From the NCBI GenBank assembly GCA_964428335.1, contig CAYRXW010000003.1:54246-118245 (forward strand): a stretch of DNA of 64,000 bases. Reading direction: 5' to 3'. Source of the DNA: an uncultured Methanosarcinales archaeon. GTDB taxonomy: Archaea > Nanobdellota > Nanobdellia > Woesearchaeales > GW2011-AR15. Positions 38,899 through 48,403 of the stretch are shown here, piece by piece. The position numbers and the translations under genes were made by a program. Position 1 is the stretch's first letter; the number at the start of each line of letters is the position of its first letter. The notes under the pieces were generated by a model. The model searched no databases. It saw only the letters and a program-made list of their open reading frames with translations, and was not told the DNA's origin.

Positions 38899-39396
38899 GT
38901 GCTAAAACAGATAATCCTTAAGGAAAAGATATCAGATACAAATATAGCAGAAAATATGAAAATTTCCCAGCAGGCTGTCAATCAGATAAGGTCAAGATTA
39001 GAAGAATTAGGTGTCATCAAGGGATATACCCCAATAGTAGATTTTGAAAAAATAGGAATCAATATCATTCTCTTAATCGGGATACAACTTAAACAGGTAG
39101 TCTGGGAGCAAAAAAAAGAATGGGAGATTGAAAAAAGCCTAAAAAAGATACCCTTTGTTTTCCAGGCATATAGGGTAGTAGGGCATAATATCTCTCATGC
39201 ACTTATGATGGGATTTCCAGATGGCTTTCACAGGGATAAATTCATAAAAAAACTTGAAAGCGTATATAAAGACCAGATGGATATTAAATGGAGCTATTCC
39301 ATTTCTGCCAAAGACATTATACTGCAGGACCCTATTGGACTTCTATATCAAATCATCGATAAAAAAGAGTTTGAATTCGAAGAACTGTTCTTATAA
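38899..39396 (+). CDS. Lrp/AsnC-family transcriptional regulator
   Basis: N-terminal HTH (ISDTNIAENMKISQQAVNQIRSRLEELGVI) plus C-terminal RAM-like domain; probably GTG start. Confidence 0.55.
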   Translation: MLKQIILKEKISDTNIAENMKISQQAVNQIRSRLEELGVIKGYTPIVDFEKIGINIILLIGIQLKQVVWEQKKEWEIEKSLKKIPFVFQAYRVVGHNISHALMMGFPDGFHRDKFIKKLESVYKDQMDIKWSYSISAKDIILQDPIGLLYQIIDKKEFEFEELFL

Positions 39397-39480
39397 AATA
39401 CTTTTTTAACAATTTTAATCTACATATATCTTGTAGAATACTACAGGCTTCTTATAAACATGAGATACCTTTAATGTAAT

Positions 39481-39687
39481 ATGACAGATGACATTTTAAC
39501 AGGTAATATGGAATCAACCAGAGATATGACTGATCTAGAAAATTCACAAAAATTGTCAGATATAAAATTTGAACATGATGAAAATCCAATCAAAACCTGC
39601 AAGTATTGCAAAAAGGAGTTTGATGGCAATTTTGAGATAAAGGATTTTTCAATAATCTGTCCTTATTGCAAAAAACCGCAATCATAA
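39481..39687 (+). CDS. zinc-ribbon small protein
   Basis: CKYCKKEF...CPYCKK. Confidence 0.4.
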   Translation: MTDDILTGNMESTRDMTDLENSQKLSDIKFEHDENPIKTCKYCKKEFDGNFEIKDFSIICPYCKKPQS

Positions 39688-39957
39688 AAAAATAATAGGG
39701 TGGAAAAAATGCTATATGAAAATAATTTCGGAAAAATTTTATCTCCTGAAGAGGTTGACTCTCTTCCATATTGGAGGTTAGAGGCGATGGAAATTCATGT
39801 TTTTGAAGTGGGACCAGATGAGATGGAAGAATGTTAAATCATCTTCTTGATAATATCAGATGTATATTTACGCCAAAGACTGATAAAATGACAGAAATAG
39901 AATTAGAAAATTTAGGCTTTACATTATATTATTAATTAAATAGGATTGGGAAATAAA

Positions 39958-40062
39958 ATGTTTTATCAAGATAACGCAGGTAAAAGATATACCTTCAATG
40001 AAATAGAAAACTTAACAGATTGGCAGTTCCATGAACTGGGAATAGAGCCAATACATTGTTGA
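39958..40062 (+). CDS. conserved small protein (34 aa), paralogue of 38546-38665
   Basis: MFYQDNAGKRYTFNEIENLTDWQFHELGIEPIHC. Confidence 0.45.
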   Translation: MFYQDNAGKRYTFNEIENLTDWQFHELGIEPIHC

Positions 40063-40194
40063 TGAATCCCTAATAGTGTATTTTAGTGCACTGCAAGTTT
40101 TCTATAAGGAAATGCGCAATATTGCTAGAATTCATACTTAACAATATTCCAACATAATATTGTAATGTAAATATAAAACCATGAGGTGGTTTAA

Positions 40195-40890
40195 ATGGAT
40201 AAAAAATCTGAGTATCATAAAAAGGATGAATATCATGGAGAGCGAGAATCTAGTGATAAAACATCAGGTCTAGTATCAATGATTATTGCAGCTCTGCTTA
40301 TAATAATCATTGCTGGCTTTAGCTGGAATTATATGGCATCACAAAAGCAAGCATTTGAGATAGAATCTTTAAAGCAGCAGATAGATAAATTTGACAGTGC
40401 TCCAGTTGCAGTAAAGCCAGAACCTGTTGTTGTCAAGCCAATACCTGAGAAGGTAAAAATTACTGATACATTACGACCTACAATTTTATATGTATCACCT
40501 GCCAATAATCAGCAAAGCATTGAAACCAATATTACTTTAACAGTAAGATTTAGCGAGCCAATGTCTTCTGATACTATCAATAAAAACACTTTTACAGTTT
40601 ACCAAAGGACAACCCCAAGTGTTGGTTCACCAAATTCTGACTATCGTTCAACACAGGTTGAAGGAAATGTGAAATATAGCGGTCTCGTAGCAACATTCAT
40701 ACCAAAGATAACAGATAGTCATAATCCATTTCAGCCAAACCAGCAATATGGAAATGTATTTACAGCGACAGTTACAACAGGAGCAAAGGATGCTGCAGGC
40801 AATTCTCTTTCACAGAACTATGTATGGAGCTTTACCACTGGAGAAGAAGACTTCAATACAGGAACTACAACATCGCAAACAGGTGGATAA
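40195..40890 (+). CDS. membrane-anchored protein with extracellular Ig-like (SbsA_Ig-type) domain
   Basis: N-terminal TM; TILYVSPANNQQSIETNITLTVRFSEPMSSDTINKNTFTV...WSFTT. Confidence 0.45.
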   Translation: MDKKSEYHKKDEYHGERESSDKTSGLVSMIIAALLIIIIAGFSWNYMASQKQAFEIESLKQQIDKFDSAPVAVKPEPVVVKPIPEKVKITDTLRPTILYVSPANNQQSIETNITLTVRFSEPMSSDTINKNTFTVYQRTTPSVGSPNSDYRSTQVEGNVKYSGLVATFIPKITDSHNPFQPNQQYGNVFTATVTTGAKDAAGNSLSQNYVWSFTTGEEDFNTGTTTSQTGG

Positions 40891-41266
40891 GATGAGAACA
40901 AGCCTAATAATGTTCGGTGTGATTTTTTTAGTTATCGGAGGGTTGCTGTATTTTTTACCAATGCAGGAACTTAAAGCGAGCACCAGTACAGTACGTCCTG
41001 GAGATATAGACAATAGGACATCAACAACCAGAATAACTGTTCCAGTAGAGTGGGCGTATGCATCTGCAATAATTGGTTTAGTTTTATTGATTCTAGGTAT
41101 GGCGATTCCAGATCCAATTGTAAGTAGAAACCTAAAAAAGGATTCAAATGAGTCTTATGACAGAGTAGTTGAGTCGAAAGAGAATATTGAGATTGGCGAA
41201 GGAAACAAAAAAAAGATTGTCAAGGAACGGACTGAATCACATAAATCAAGCAAGGATAATGATTAA
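40891..41266 (+). CDS. membrane protein (hypothetical)
   Basis: ATG at 40891 (MRTSLIMFGVIFLVIGGLLYF...), in frame within track ORF 40748-41266. Confidence 0.35.
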
Positions 41267-41291
41267 CAAAAATAAAATAGGAGGAAAAAAT

Positions 41292-41411
41292 ATGGCAAAA
41301 ATAAGCAGAGGCGGAAGAATGACCGCAGCGAAGAATAGGGCAGCAAAGACCCCAGGCGGAAAAGGCAAAGTAAAAGATAGGCCTGCTGGAAAAAAGATAA
41401 TGAAGACTTAA
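41292..41411 (+). CDS. small basic protein (39 aa)
   Basis: Strong SD AGGAGG 7 nt upstream of ATG; MAKISRGGRMTAAKNRAAKTPGGKGKVKDRPAGKKIMKT. Confidence 0.4.
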   Translation: MAKISRGGRMTAAKNRAAKTPGGKGKVKDRPAGKKIMKT

Positions 41412-41437
41412 TAGCTCAGCTAGCAAGGCTTATTAAT

Positions 41438-41479
41438 TCAAGAAAGCAGATAATTGATGCTAACATCAAGCTTTCTTGA
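41438..41479 (+). terminator. hairpin (10-bp perfect stem TCAAGAAAGC/GCTTTCTTGA with nested 6-bp stem) followed by TTTAT
   Basis: Read directly; lies 27 nt downstream of the small basic gene. Confidence 0.35.
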
Positions 41480-41561
41480 TTTATGAAAACTTCAACTGTG
41501 TCTTTTTCAGCAGATTCATCAAGCACATAGACAATTTTTTTTCAAGATTATTATATTTAAT

Positions 41562-41930
41562 TTGAAAATTAATCAATCAAGGAACGGAGGTGTTCAAAAA
41601 ATGGCATATACAGGAATATTATTAGGATTTTTGGTAAGCATGGTCATATCCGCACTTATCATCTATATAGCAGCAAAATTATTTGGAGAAAAAGAAGGAT
41701 TTGGCACAGCGTTAATGACAGCGTTGACAGGAGCAATAATATTTGCGCTGGTATCATTTTTCATAGGCATAGGATGGATTGCATCCTTAATTGGTGGATT
41801 AGCATGGCTTATTGCTCTAGGTAACCTTTACAATATCGGATGGCTGAAATCTTTTGTCATCGCTGTCGTAATTTGGATCTTTGCAAACATTGTAAGCGTT
41901 GTTCTGCCGACAATAGCAGGGCCGCTTTAA
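41562..41930 (+). CDS. membrane protein (hypothetical)
   Basis: 122 aa, 3-4 TM helices. Confidence 0.35.
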   Translation: MKINQSRNGGVQKMAYTGILLGFLVSMVISALIIYIAAKLFGEKEGFGTALMTALTGAIIFALVSFFIGIGWIASLIGGLAWLIALGNLYNIGWLKSFVIAVVIWIFANIVSVVLPTIAGPL

Positions 41931-41946
41931 AACTGAGGATTTCAAG

Positions 41947-42165
41947 ATGTTATACGGATCAATATGGGGAATCTTGGCAGTTCTTGCTGCCATCTGGGTA
42001 ATATATGATGTTATAAAATACAACAAGGGACTATCAGATGGCATGAAAGTGCTTTGGATAGTATTTGCTGTACTTTTCAGTATAATAACAGCAATCGTAT
42101 ATTATTTCATCGGAAGGAATGGGCAAAATGATTTGTTCAGAAGAAATAGCAAAAAATTCAGATAA
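41947..42165 (+). CDS. PLDc_N-type small membrane protein
   Basis: WVIYDVIKYNKG...LWIVFAVLFSIITAIVYYFIGR matches the PLD-nuclease N-terminal (PF13396-like) pattern. Confidence 0.5.
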   Translation: MLYGSIWGILAVLAAIWVIYDVIKYNKGLSDGMKVLWIVFAVLFSIITAIVYYFIGRNGQNDLFRRNSKKFR

Positions 42166-42186
42166 AATATCAAGGAGACAATCAAA

Positions 42187-42702
42187 ATGGAAAGCGAAAT
42201 ATTAGTTGAAGAATCAAAAGAAGATAAGCTCAAGGAAATAAAGAACTGCATAAACAAAAAAGACAGCCTTTATTGCATTCCTAGAAATGAAGTTGAAGAC
42301 TTTGAAAAAAGCTGTGAGAAAGAAGGAAAGGGAGTTATTCCAATAATGACTTATGGTGAATACATAATCTATCTAAAAGCTGAAGATTCACCTCTTCCAA
42401 ATATCCCTCTATCTAAATTCAATTACACATCAGGGACGTTTGAGAAAAAATGGGGACCTGAACATAAGACAATCGTGCTCACACCAAGGCATTCAAGCAT
42501 AAGGAAAGTTGAGATTGAGATCCAGGGTCTTGATATACATAAGATGAGGTTGTTGCCAGATAAAACAGGCGATGTAATCGAGGATACTGCAAAGATAAAG
42601 ATAACAAGGCATTATAGGTTCTTGGAAGGAGATACTGAGAATAAGAAAGACACAGATAAGGCATCTCCTGGAGAAACAGAAGCACTTCAGACCGGAGTAT
42701 AA
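42187..42702 (+). CDS. hypothetical protein
   Basis: 171-aa ORF. Confidence 0.3.
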   Translation: MESEILVEESKEDKLKEIKNCINKKDSLYCIPRNEVEDFEKSCEKEGKGVIPIMTYGEYIIYLKAEDSPLPNIPLSKFNYTSGTFEKKWGPEHKTIVLTPRHSSIRKVEIEIQGLDIHKMRLLPDKTGDVIEDTAKIKITRHYRFLEGDTENKKDTDKASPGETEALQTGV

Positions 42703-42712
42703 GTGAGAAAAA

Positions 42713-42943
42713 ATGATGGAATACTATGATATTGGACTGGTTGGATTTTTTGTTTTCATGTTCATGGTTCTATTAGGGACAGTAGTAATATTTTTGTTAG
42801 TCTGGTTTGTAGAAAGGAAAGTCAAACAACCGACCGCTTATTTATCGAAAACACCTTTGGAGATACTTAAAGAAAGATATGCAAGAGGAGAAATCTCAAA
42901 AAAGGAACTAGATGAAATGAAAAAAGAATTATCAAGAGACTAA
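42713..42943 (+). CDS. SHOCT-domain membrane protein
   Basis: TM followed by LKERYARGEISKKELDEMKKEL. Confidence 0.5.
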   Translation: MMEYYDIGLVGFFVFMFMVLLGTVVIFLLVWFVERKVKQPTAYLSKTPLEILKERYARGEISKKELDEMKKELSRD

Positions 42944-42947
42944 AACA

Positions 42948-43280
42948 ATGGCTGAACAAGAAAAATCAAATGGATTTATGGATATGATAAAAGACGGACT
43001 GAGTTATATCCCTCAAATAATCTCTGCAAGCATATTTACACCAATATCAGAAGGGACAGATATGGTCATGAAGACTATTGAAAATAGGATGATAAAAATT
43101 GAAAATAGGATTTTCAGAAAGATATCTTCTTTTTTAACGATATGGTTTGGAATGATATTCATGGCTTTTGCGTTTTTTTTCTTCCTGATAGAATTTTTCA
43201 GATGGAACTACGCTTCTGCATTTTTTACAGTAGGGATAATTATTTTTATGATAGGTCTTCTGCTCAAAGCAGGGGAATAG
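42948..43280 (+). CDS. membrane protein (hypothetical)
   Basis: 110 aa, two TM helices. Confidence 0.3.
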   Translation: MAEQEKSNGFMDMIKDGLSYIPQIISASIFTPISEGTDMVMKTIENRMIKIENRIFRKISSFLTIWFGMIFMAFAFFFFLIEFFRWNYASAFFTVGIIIFMIGLLLKAGE

Positions 43281-43294
43281 GAAAGGTGAAAAAA

Positions 43295-43561
43295 ATGACA
43301 AATGAAAAAAATTCTACAGGCATATCTGACATAAGGAAAAAAACCCACGAAAGTGTTGATAAAATAATGGACAATGCTGAAAGCATCAGAGATAGCAGCA
43401 ATGAAAAGATTGCACATATGAAAGATAAGGCGCATATGATGAGAGAAAATGTCGATGGCTATATCCAAAAAAATCCTGAGACATCTGTACTCATTGCAGC
43501 AGGTGTTGGAGCAATCCTTGGTGGAGTGCTTACAGCAGCCATAATGAGAAGGAGACATTAA
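43295..43561 (+). CDS. DUF883/ElaB-YqjD-like C-tail-anchored protein
   Basis: ATG at 43295; ...YIQKNPETSVLIAAGVGAILGGVLTAAIMRRRH. Confidence 0.5.
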   Translation: MTNEKNSTGISDIRKKTHESVDKIMDNAESIRDSSNEKIAHMKDKAHMMRENVDGYIQKNPETSVLIAAGVGAILGGVLTAAIMRRRH

Positions 43562-43632
43562 TTTTCTTTCATTTATTTAACATTTGATAGTTAATGAAAT
43601 TAGAGGTTTCATAAAATATTTTTTCAATCAGG

Positions 43633-43914
43633 GTGAAATTAATGAAAGCAAACAAAAAATTTACACTGGGAGAGGCAAAAGCAATTGGCATCAAACTTGG
43701 AATAAAATGGGATAAATTTGATATTAATCAATTTAAAATTGGCATGAATGTTGAATTAGAACATGGAAAAAGAAATACAGATACCAATGTAACCAATGAC
43801 GATAAGATTACTACCGCAAAAATTGCTTTAGCACATCTAAATGAGTTTCCAGATTATTATGAAAGATTAGAACGGATGGAAAAAGAAGCAGTTGAATTTC
43901 GGAGTAAAAAATAA
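43633..43914 (+). CDS. hypothetical protein
   Basis: 93-aa ORF. Confidence 0.3.
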   Translation: MKLMKANKKFTLGEAKAIGIKLGIKWDKFDINQFKIGMNVELEHGKRNTDTNVTNDDKITTAKIALAHLNEFPDYYERLERMEKEAVEFRSKK

Positions 43915-44998
43915 TAGAATTTACACAATGGCAATACCTAATAATCCTTATGAAAAAATAGTGCCTTTTATCATATTCATACTTGCACTTCTTCTCTTCT
44001 TTAAACTAATCCAACCAATGATAACTATCCTTCTAGGCAGCATCCTTTTTGCATATGTTTCTTTTCCTGTATATAAATTCCTAATTAAAAAAATATCAAT
44101 CAAGCCTTTATCAATCATTTTATCTTTATTATTTGTCTTAATAATTATATTAATTCCATTCACTTTTTTAGCCTTTGAAATCACAACTGAAGGATATTCA
44201 TTCTATAATTCGTTATCAAACAGATCTGTGAAAGGAGAACTGTTCGGGTTAGGATGCAGAAAGTTTGATTCTAAGATTTGCTTACTTCTTAATCAAGCAG
44301 AAAAATTTAACAAAGAACATCTATCAACGTTTGGGTTGGATGAAATCATCCAAAAGATCCTTCCGCTCCTTAAAGAAAAAATAATAAATTTCATGCTGAC
44401 TATACCCATCATAATTGCACAAGTTTTCTTAACTCTTATCATATCATATCTCATTCTAAGTGATTGGGAGAATCTTTTAAAAAGTATAGTCTACATTCTT
44501 CCCTTAAGGACAAAGACAACAAATAGGCTTGTCAGAGAATTTGGGAATATAACCCATACAGTAATCTATGCACAATTATTTGTCGCATTAGTACAGGGAG
44601 CCATTGGAGCTATAGGATTCTATATCTTTGGCGTGCCTTTTCCTTTATTCTTAGGTGTTGTGATGGCATTTTGCGCATTGATTCCTGCTGTAGGAACGAC
44701 TATCATATGGATACCCGCGTCTTTATGCCTTATTTTAAGCGGTTACTTTTCAAATAATAACTTAGTATTAGGAAAAGGGATAGGCTTATTTTTATATGGT
44801 TTTTTGATAATCAGCACAATTGATAACATCCTGCTCACACAGATAGTCCATGCGAAAGCTAAAGTAAATCAAATAATAGTCATTGTAGGCGTAATTGGTG
44901 GAGCTGCGATGTTTGGACCTATGGGAATATTTATCGGCCCAGTATTATTACCTTTGCTCATGACCTATTTTGAAACATTTAAAGAAAGATTTTTGTAA
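43892..44998 (+). CDS. AI-2E family (PerM-like) transporter
   Basis: About 8 TM helices, conserved C-terminal G-rich segment; probable start at 43928 (MAIPNN). Confidence 0.5.
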   Translation: MNFGVKNNRIYTMAIPNNPYEKIVPFIIFILALLLFFKLIQPMITILLGSILFAYVSFPVYKFLIKKISIKPLSIILSLLFVLIIILIPFTFLAFEITTEGYSFYNSLSNRSVKGELFGLGCRKFDSKICLLLNQAEKFNKEHLSTFGLDEIIQKILPLLKEKIINFMLTIPIIIAQVFLTLIISYLILSDWENLLKSIVYILPLRTKTTNRLVREFGNITHTVIYAQLFVALVQGAIGAIGFYIFGVPFPLFLGVVMAFCALIPAVGTTIIWIPASLCLILSGYFSNNNLVLGKGIGLFLYGFLIISTIDNILLTQIVHAKAKVNQIIVIVGVIGGAAMFGPMGIFIGPVLLPLLMTYFETFKERFL

Positions 44999-45421
44999 AC
45001 AATGAATTTGGCCAGTTGATAGCATTTTGGATTTATATTCAAAACATATTATCAAGCTCTGGCGTATGCTACAAGCAAATGCAGAAAATAACAGCTAGTT
45101 TACTAGATTGAAATTATATACTTAAACGACATACCTTATACATACAACGATAAGTAATCAAAAGAGGTGATCGGGATGGCATATATAATTAACCTACAAG
45201 ATTACAACAAAGCGGCGTATTGGGAATGGAATGACTAGCCGGTAGCAGCTATCCCTCTGATAGCATCAGCCTGTACAAACCGGCTGATTTTCATATCGCC
45301 CCCAAAATATCCCAACATAATGAAGTATACTATTTTCCAGCTGCCCAGCAGACTAGGTTTTAGTGCTTCGTTGGGATTTTTCTTTATATTTTTATATTAG
45401 AACCTGAAACTTTAGGAAAAA

Positions 45422-45769
45422 ATGACAAGCTCGCAGTTTGAATTAGGAAGGAGAGAGAACTTTAAGATGGATTATCATAAAAATAGATATGACTGGGGTG
45501 ATAGAAGTGATAGATCATTTTTTCCAAGATCAACAAAATTTGAATATATGCATTCAACAGAAACAACAGAGACAAATGAAGGATTTGAGTTCAGGATACC
45601 GCTGTCAGAGATATCATTGGAAAACCTTAAAATTTTTGTTCAGATGAACTATGTAATTGTGCAGTCTAATAAAAAGACGATATTCATAAGCTTAGATAGG
45701 AAATTGAAATCTGAAACCCTTGAATCGATAATTACTCAGGACATGCTGGTAATTAAGATAAAAAAATGA
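45422..45769 (+). CDS. possible Hsp20/alpha-crystallin-domain small heat-shock protein
   Basis: FEFRIPLSEISLENLKIFVQ...TIFISL...DMLVIKIKK resembles the ACD strand pattern. Confidence 0.3.
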   Translation: MTSSQFELGRRENFKMDYHKNRYDWGDRSDRSFFPRSTKFEYMHSTETTETNEGFEFRIPLSEISLENLKIFVQMNYVIVQSNKKTIFISLDRKLKSETLESIITQDMLVIKIKK

Positions 45770-45972
45770 AGGTTAATATAGGGAAATAACAAGGAATGTC
45801 CACTGGACACACTGGACATTTCTCTGTGAGGTATTTAAACAAAGCATGCGTAAATATTCTTTATGAGGTGCATGTTAAGATGGTAATAATAGGCGTGATG
45901 GCATACACAATGATATTCATTTACTTGAGGAAAGAAATCAAGGAGATTATGGCAGACAGGAGCCTTAGATAG

Positions 45973-46281
45973 TCATTGATATAATTTTGAATATATTATC
46001 TTTCCAGTAGATTTTCTTTCTCCTTTTTCAATATAAATTATGTAAGCGCTATTGGCCTTTTGGGACTCATGTGCAAATAGCATGTCTGAATTACTAAGTC
46101 TTATTGCTTCAGGGATTACACTAAGAAGAGAGCCATTTTTTGAAAGGCCATAAACTCTTAAATTGCTCTTTTTATCAATCGTTATTGTAGGGTCTCCTGA
46201 ATCATAAACTGTCAGAAAGCATTCAACTATTTTTTCAGGTTTTTCAAGCTTTGTCTGCAGATAATAAGTTTTTTTTATCAC
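45973..46281 (-). CDS. hypothetical protein
   Basis: 102-aa ORF. Confidence 0.3.
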   Translation of the reverse strand: MIKKTYYLQTKLEKPEKIVECFLTVYDSGDPTITIDKKSNLRVYGLSKNGSLLSVIPEAIRLSNSDMLFAHESQKANSAYIIYIEKGERKSTGKIIYSKLYQ

Positions 46282-46322
46282 AATCCCTTCTAAATTTTTT
46301 GCGCTTATAAAACTAACTGCTA

Positions 46323-47342
46323 TTATTTCTCCAAAACAGTCGGAATCTTTGGCAGTCCACAGAAATCTGTAGTAAAATTATAAGCTCCTGCATTCAAAAA
46401 GACAATCTTATCCCCAATTTTTGGTCTTTTTAAGTAAACCTTATACCTTAATATATCAGCAGAATCAGGGGTGCAGCCTTTTACTGTGAATGCTTCCCCT
46501 TCTTCAAGTTCTCCTTCTATCATTAGTCTTATGTTTGCAATCCATGTATCAAGCGCAGAATTGAATATCGAGCAGTCAAGGACAATATTATCATCATACA
46601 TGTTTATTATTGCAGCTTCAAGCTTTACAGAAGGTGCTGCAATAAACCTTCCAGGTTCAATTATAAGCTTCACATTTTTTGAATTGAGCCAGGATTTCAG
46701 GTCATGTATCTTTGAGAATACATAATCAATGACAGATACCCTGAAATTCTTGTATTCAGCCGGAATTCCTCCGCCGATATTTATGAAATCAATCTTATCC
46801 CAGCATTCGACGCTTTCTTCAAGTTCTTCTCTAAGTGACCATTCGCTCACATTCTGTGTCTTCCTATGCATGTGTATTCCAATCTTTTCAAAATATTTTT
46901 TATCCAGTTTTGAGATTATCTCATTTACAGCAGTTGAATACATCCCAAAGACAAAATGCTTTCCTGTATGGATTGTATGCTCCTTTAATTTCATCCTTAG
47001 AAGCAGCCATGCTTTTTTCTTTGATTTCTTCAGGAAATCTTCCAGCACTTTCAGATCATTTACATTATCAATAACAAACCTTGTTACATCCTTCTTAAAC
47101 AGCTCTTCAACGTCTTTTGCATTCCATGACTGAGGGAAATACCATATCCTTTCTGAGTCAATATGAGAAAAATCCTCTGTGCTGTGTATGCTGAAAAAAG
47201 AATCAGTCATCTCATGCAGAACTTTTCCGACTTCTATATTTGTCTTGTTGCTGTATGACACAGTATCAGCATACTTCTTGATTTTTTTATACTGCTCAAC
47301 AGCTCTTGATTTGGACAGCACAAACCTTGCTCTTGAAATCAT
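46323..47342 (-). CDS. PLP-dependent decarboxylase, Orn/DAP/Arg (alanine-racemase-fold) family, compact form
   Basis: VSYSNKTN (PLP Lys), IGGGIPAEY glycine loop, KGCTPDSADIL Cys region; 4-nt overlap with upstream DHS. Confidence 0.55.
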   Translation of the reverse strand: MISRARFVLSKSRAVEQYKKIKKYADTVSYSNKTNIEVGKVLHEMTDSFFSIHSTEDFSHIDSERIWYFPQSWNAKDVEELFKKDVTRFVIDNVNDLKVLEDFLKKSKKKAWLLLRMKLKEHTIHTGKHFVFGMYSTAVNEIISKLDKKYFEKIGIHMHRKTQNVSEWSLREELEESVECWDKIDFINIGGGIPAEYKNFRVSVIDYVFSKIHDLKSWLNSKNVKLIIEPGRFIAAPSVKLEAAIINMYDDNIVLDCSIFNSALDTWIANIRLMIEGELEEGEAFTVKGCTPDSADILRYKVYLKRPKIGDKIVFLNAGAYNFTTDFCGLPKIPTVLEK

Positions 47343-48277
47343 CTGAGCATGCCCTCTTCTTCCAATAGTTCAAGGACCCTAATCATAATCAAAGGAAATG
47401 TGAATGTCACATCCCCAATAACAGTTGCAACATCAGAATCATCCTTTACTTTTCCCCAGGATTTTGCCTCTTCTGTAGTAGCTCCGGACATGCTTCCTGA
47501 ACTTTGGTGCGCAGTTGTCAAGTAAACAGCATAATCAAGCCCTCCATTAAGAAGGCAGGCAAGTATGGCGTGATGCTTTGAGATGCTTCCTCCTAGTGAA
47601 ATAAGGCCTTTCTTGTCATCATGCGTTGTTGAAAAAAGTATGTTTGCAAAATCCTTTACAACATCCACTACAAAATCAGGATGTTTCTGCTGTAACATGA
47701 AAAGATGAAAACCAAAACTTCCATCTGTTATCCCAGGGCAGAATATTGGGACATTATGCTTTGCTGCCTGGTACAATATCGAATTCTTATCGTCAAGCTT
47801 TTGCCCAAGTTCCCTGATAAGATCAGATACAGGCCATCTTGGCTGCTTTTTATAGCATTCCAGAAGCATCTTTCCAATAGTATCTTCAAATTTAAGATAG
47901 GACTCATTCCTTATGAATAAATTACCTACCCTATTTACGCCTTTCTCATAAAGCTCGACATCATCAGTCTTGAAAGTGCCAATCACAAAGTCCTCGCCTT
48001 TTGCCTTCATGATATCTTCTTCTATTGCTCCGACAGTTGTAACTATCACATTCACCATGCCAAGCTCAATCAGCTGGGCAAAGAAGCCCCTAAGGCCGGA
48101 TGTCACCATATTAGATGTAAACGTAAGGTAAATCTTAGAGCCGTCTTTCTTCATCTTAAGGATTGCTTCAACAGCCCTTTTCATCTCAGTGCTCTGGAAC
48201 CCAACACTGCCAAGGCCTGCAACTAGCTCACTGACCTTTAGTCCTTTTTTCCACCTGAAATCTTTAACTTTTTCCAT
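47339..48277 (-). CDS. dys: deoxyhypusine synthase
   Basis: 312 aa; GGSISKHH and LTTAHQSSGS blocks. Confidence 0.7.
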   Translation of the reverse strand: MEKVKDFRWKKGLKVSELVAGLGSVGFQSTEMKRAVEAILKMKKDGSKIYLTFTSNMVTSGLRGFFAQLIELGMVNVIVTTVGAIEEDIMKAKGEDFVIGTFKTDDVELYEKGVNRVGNLFIRNESYLKFEDTIGKMLLECYKKQPRWPVSDLIRELGQKLDDKNSILYQAAKHNVPIFCPGITDGSFGFHLFMLQQKHPDFVVDVVKDFANILFSTTHDDKKGLISLGGSISKHHAILACLLNGGLDYAVYLTTAHQSSGSMSGATTEEAKSWGKVKDDSDVATVIGDVTFTFPLIMIRVLELLEEEGMLR

Positions 48278-48403
48278 TTTTTAGTATCACCTGAAAGCTT
48301 AGAGAATATCCTAACTAGCAAAAAGAAAACTATGCGCCTTTTTCCCTTACAAGGTCGTGCATAATATCTGGTAGAAAAGTGGTATTTAAAAAATTAATCA
48401 AAT

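Noticed and set aside
40748-41266. Track ORF 40748-41266 overlapping 40195-40890 in another frame
   Set aside because: The 5' part is an out-of-frame overlap with the Ig-domain gene. The plausible gene is the in-frame internal start at 40891 (MRTSLIMFG...), called instead.
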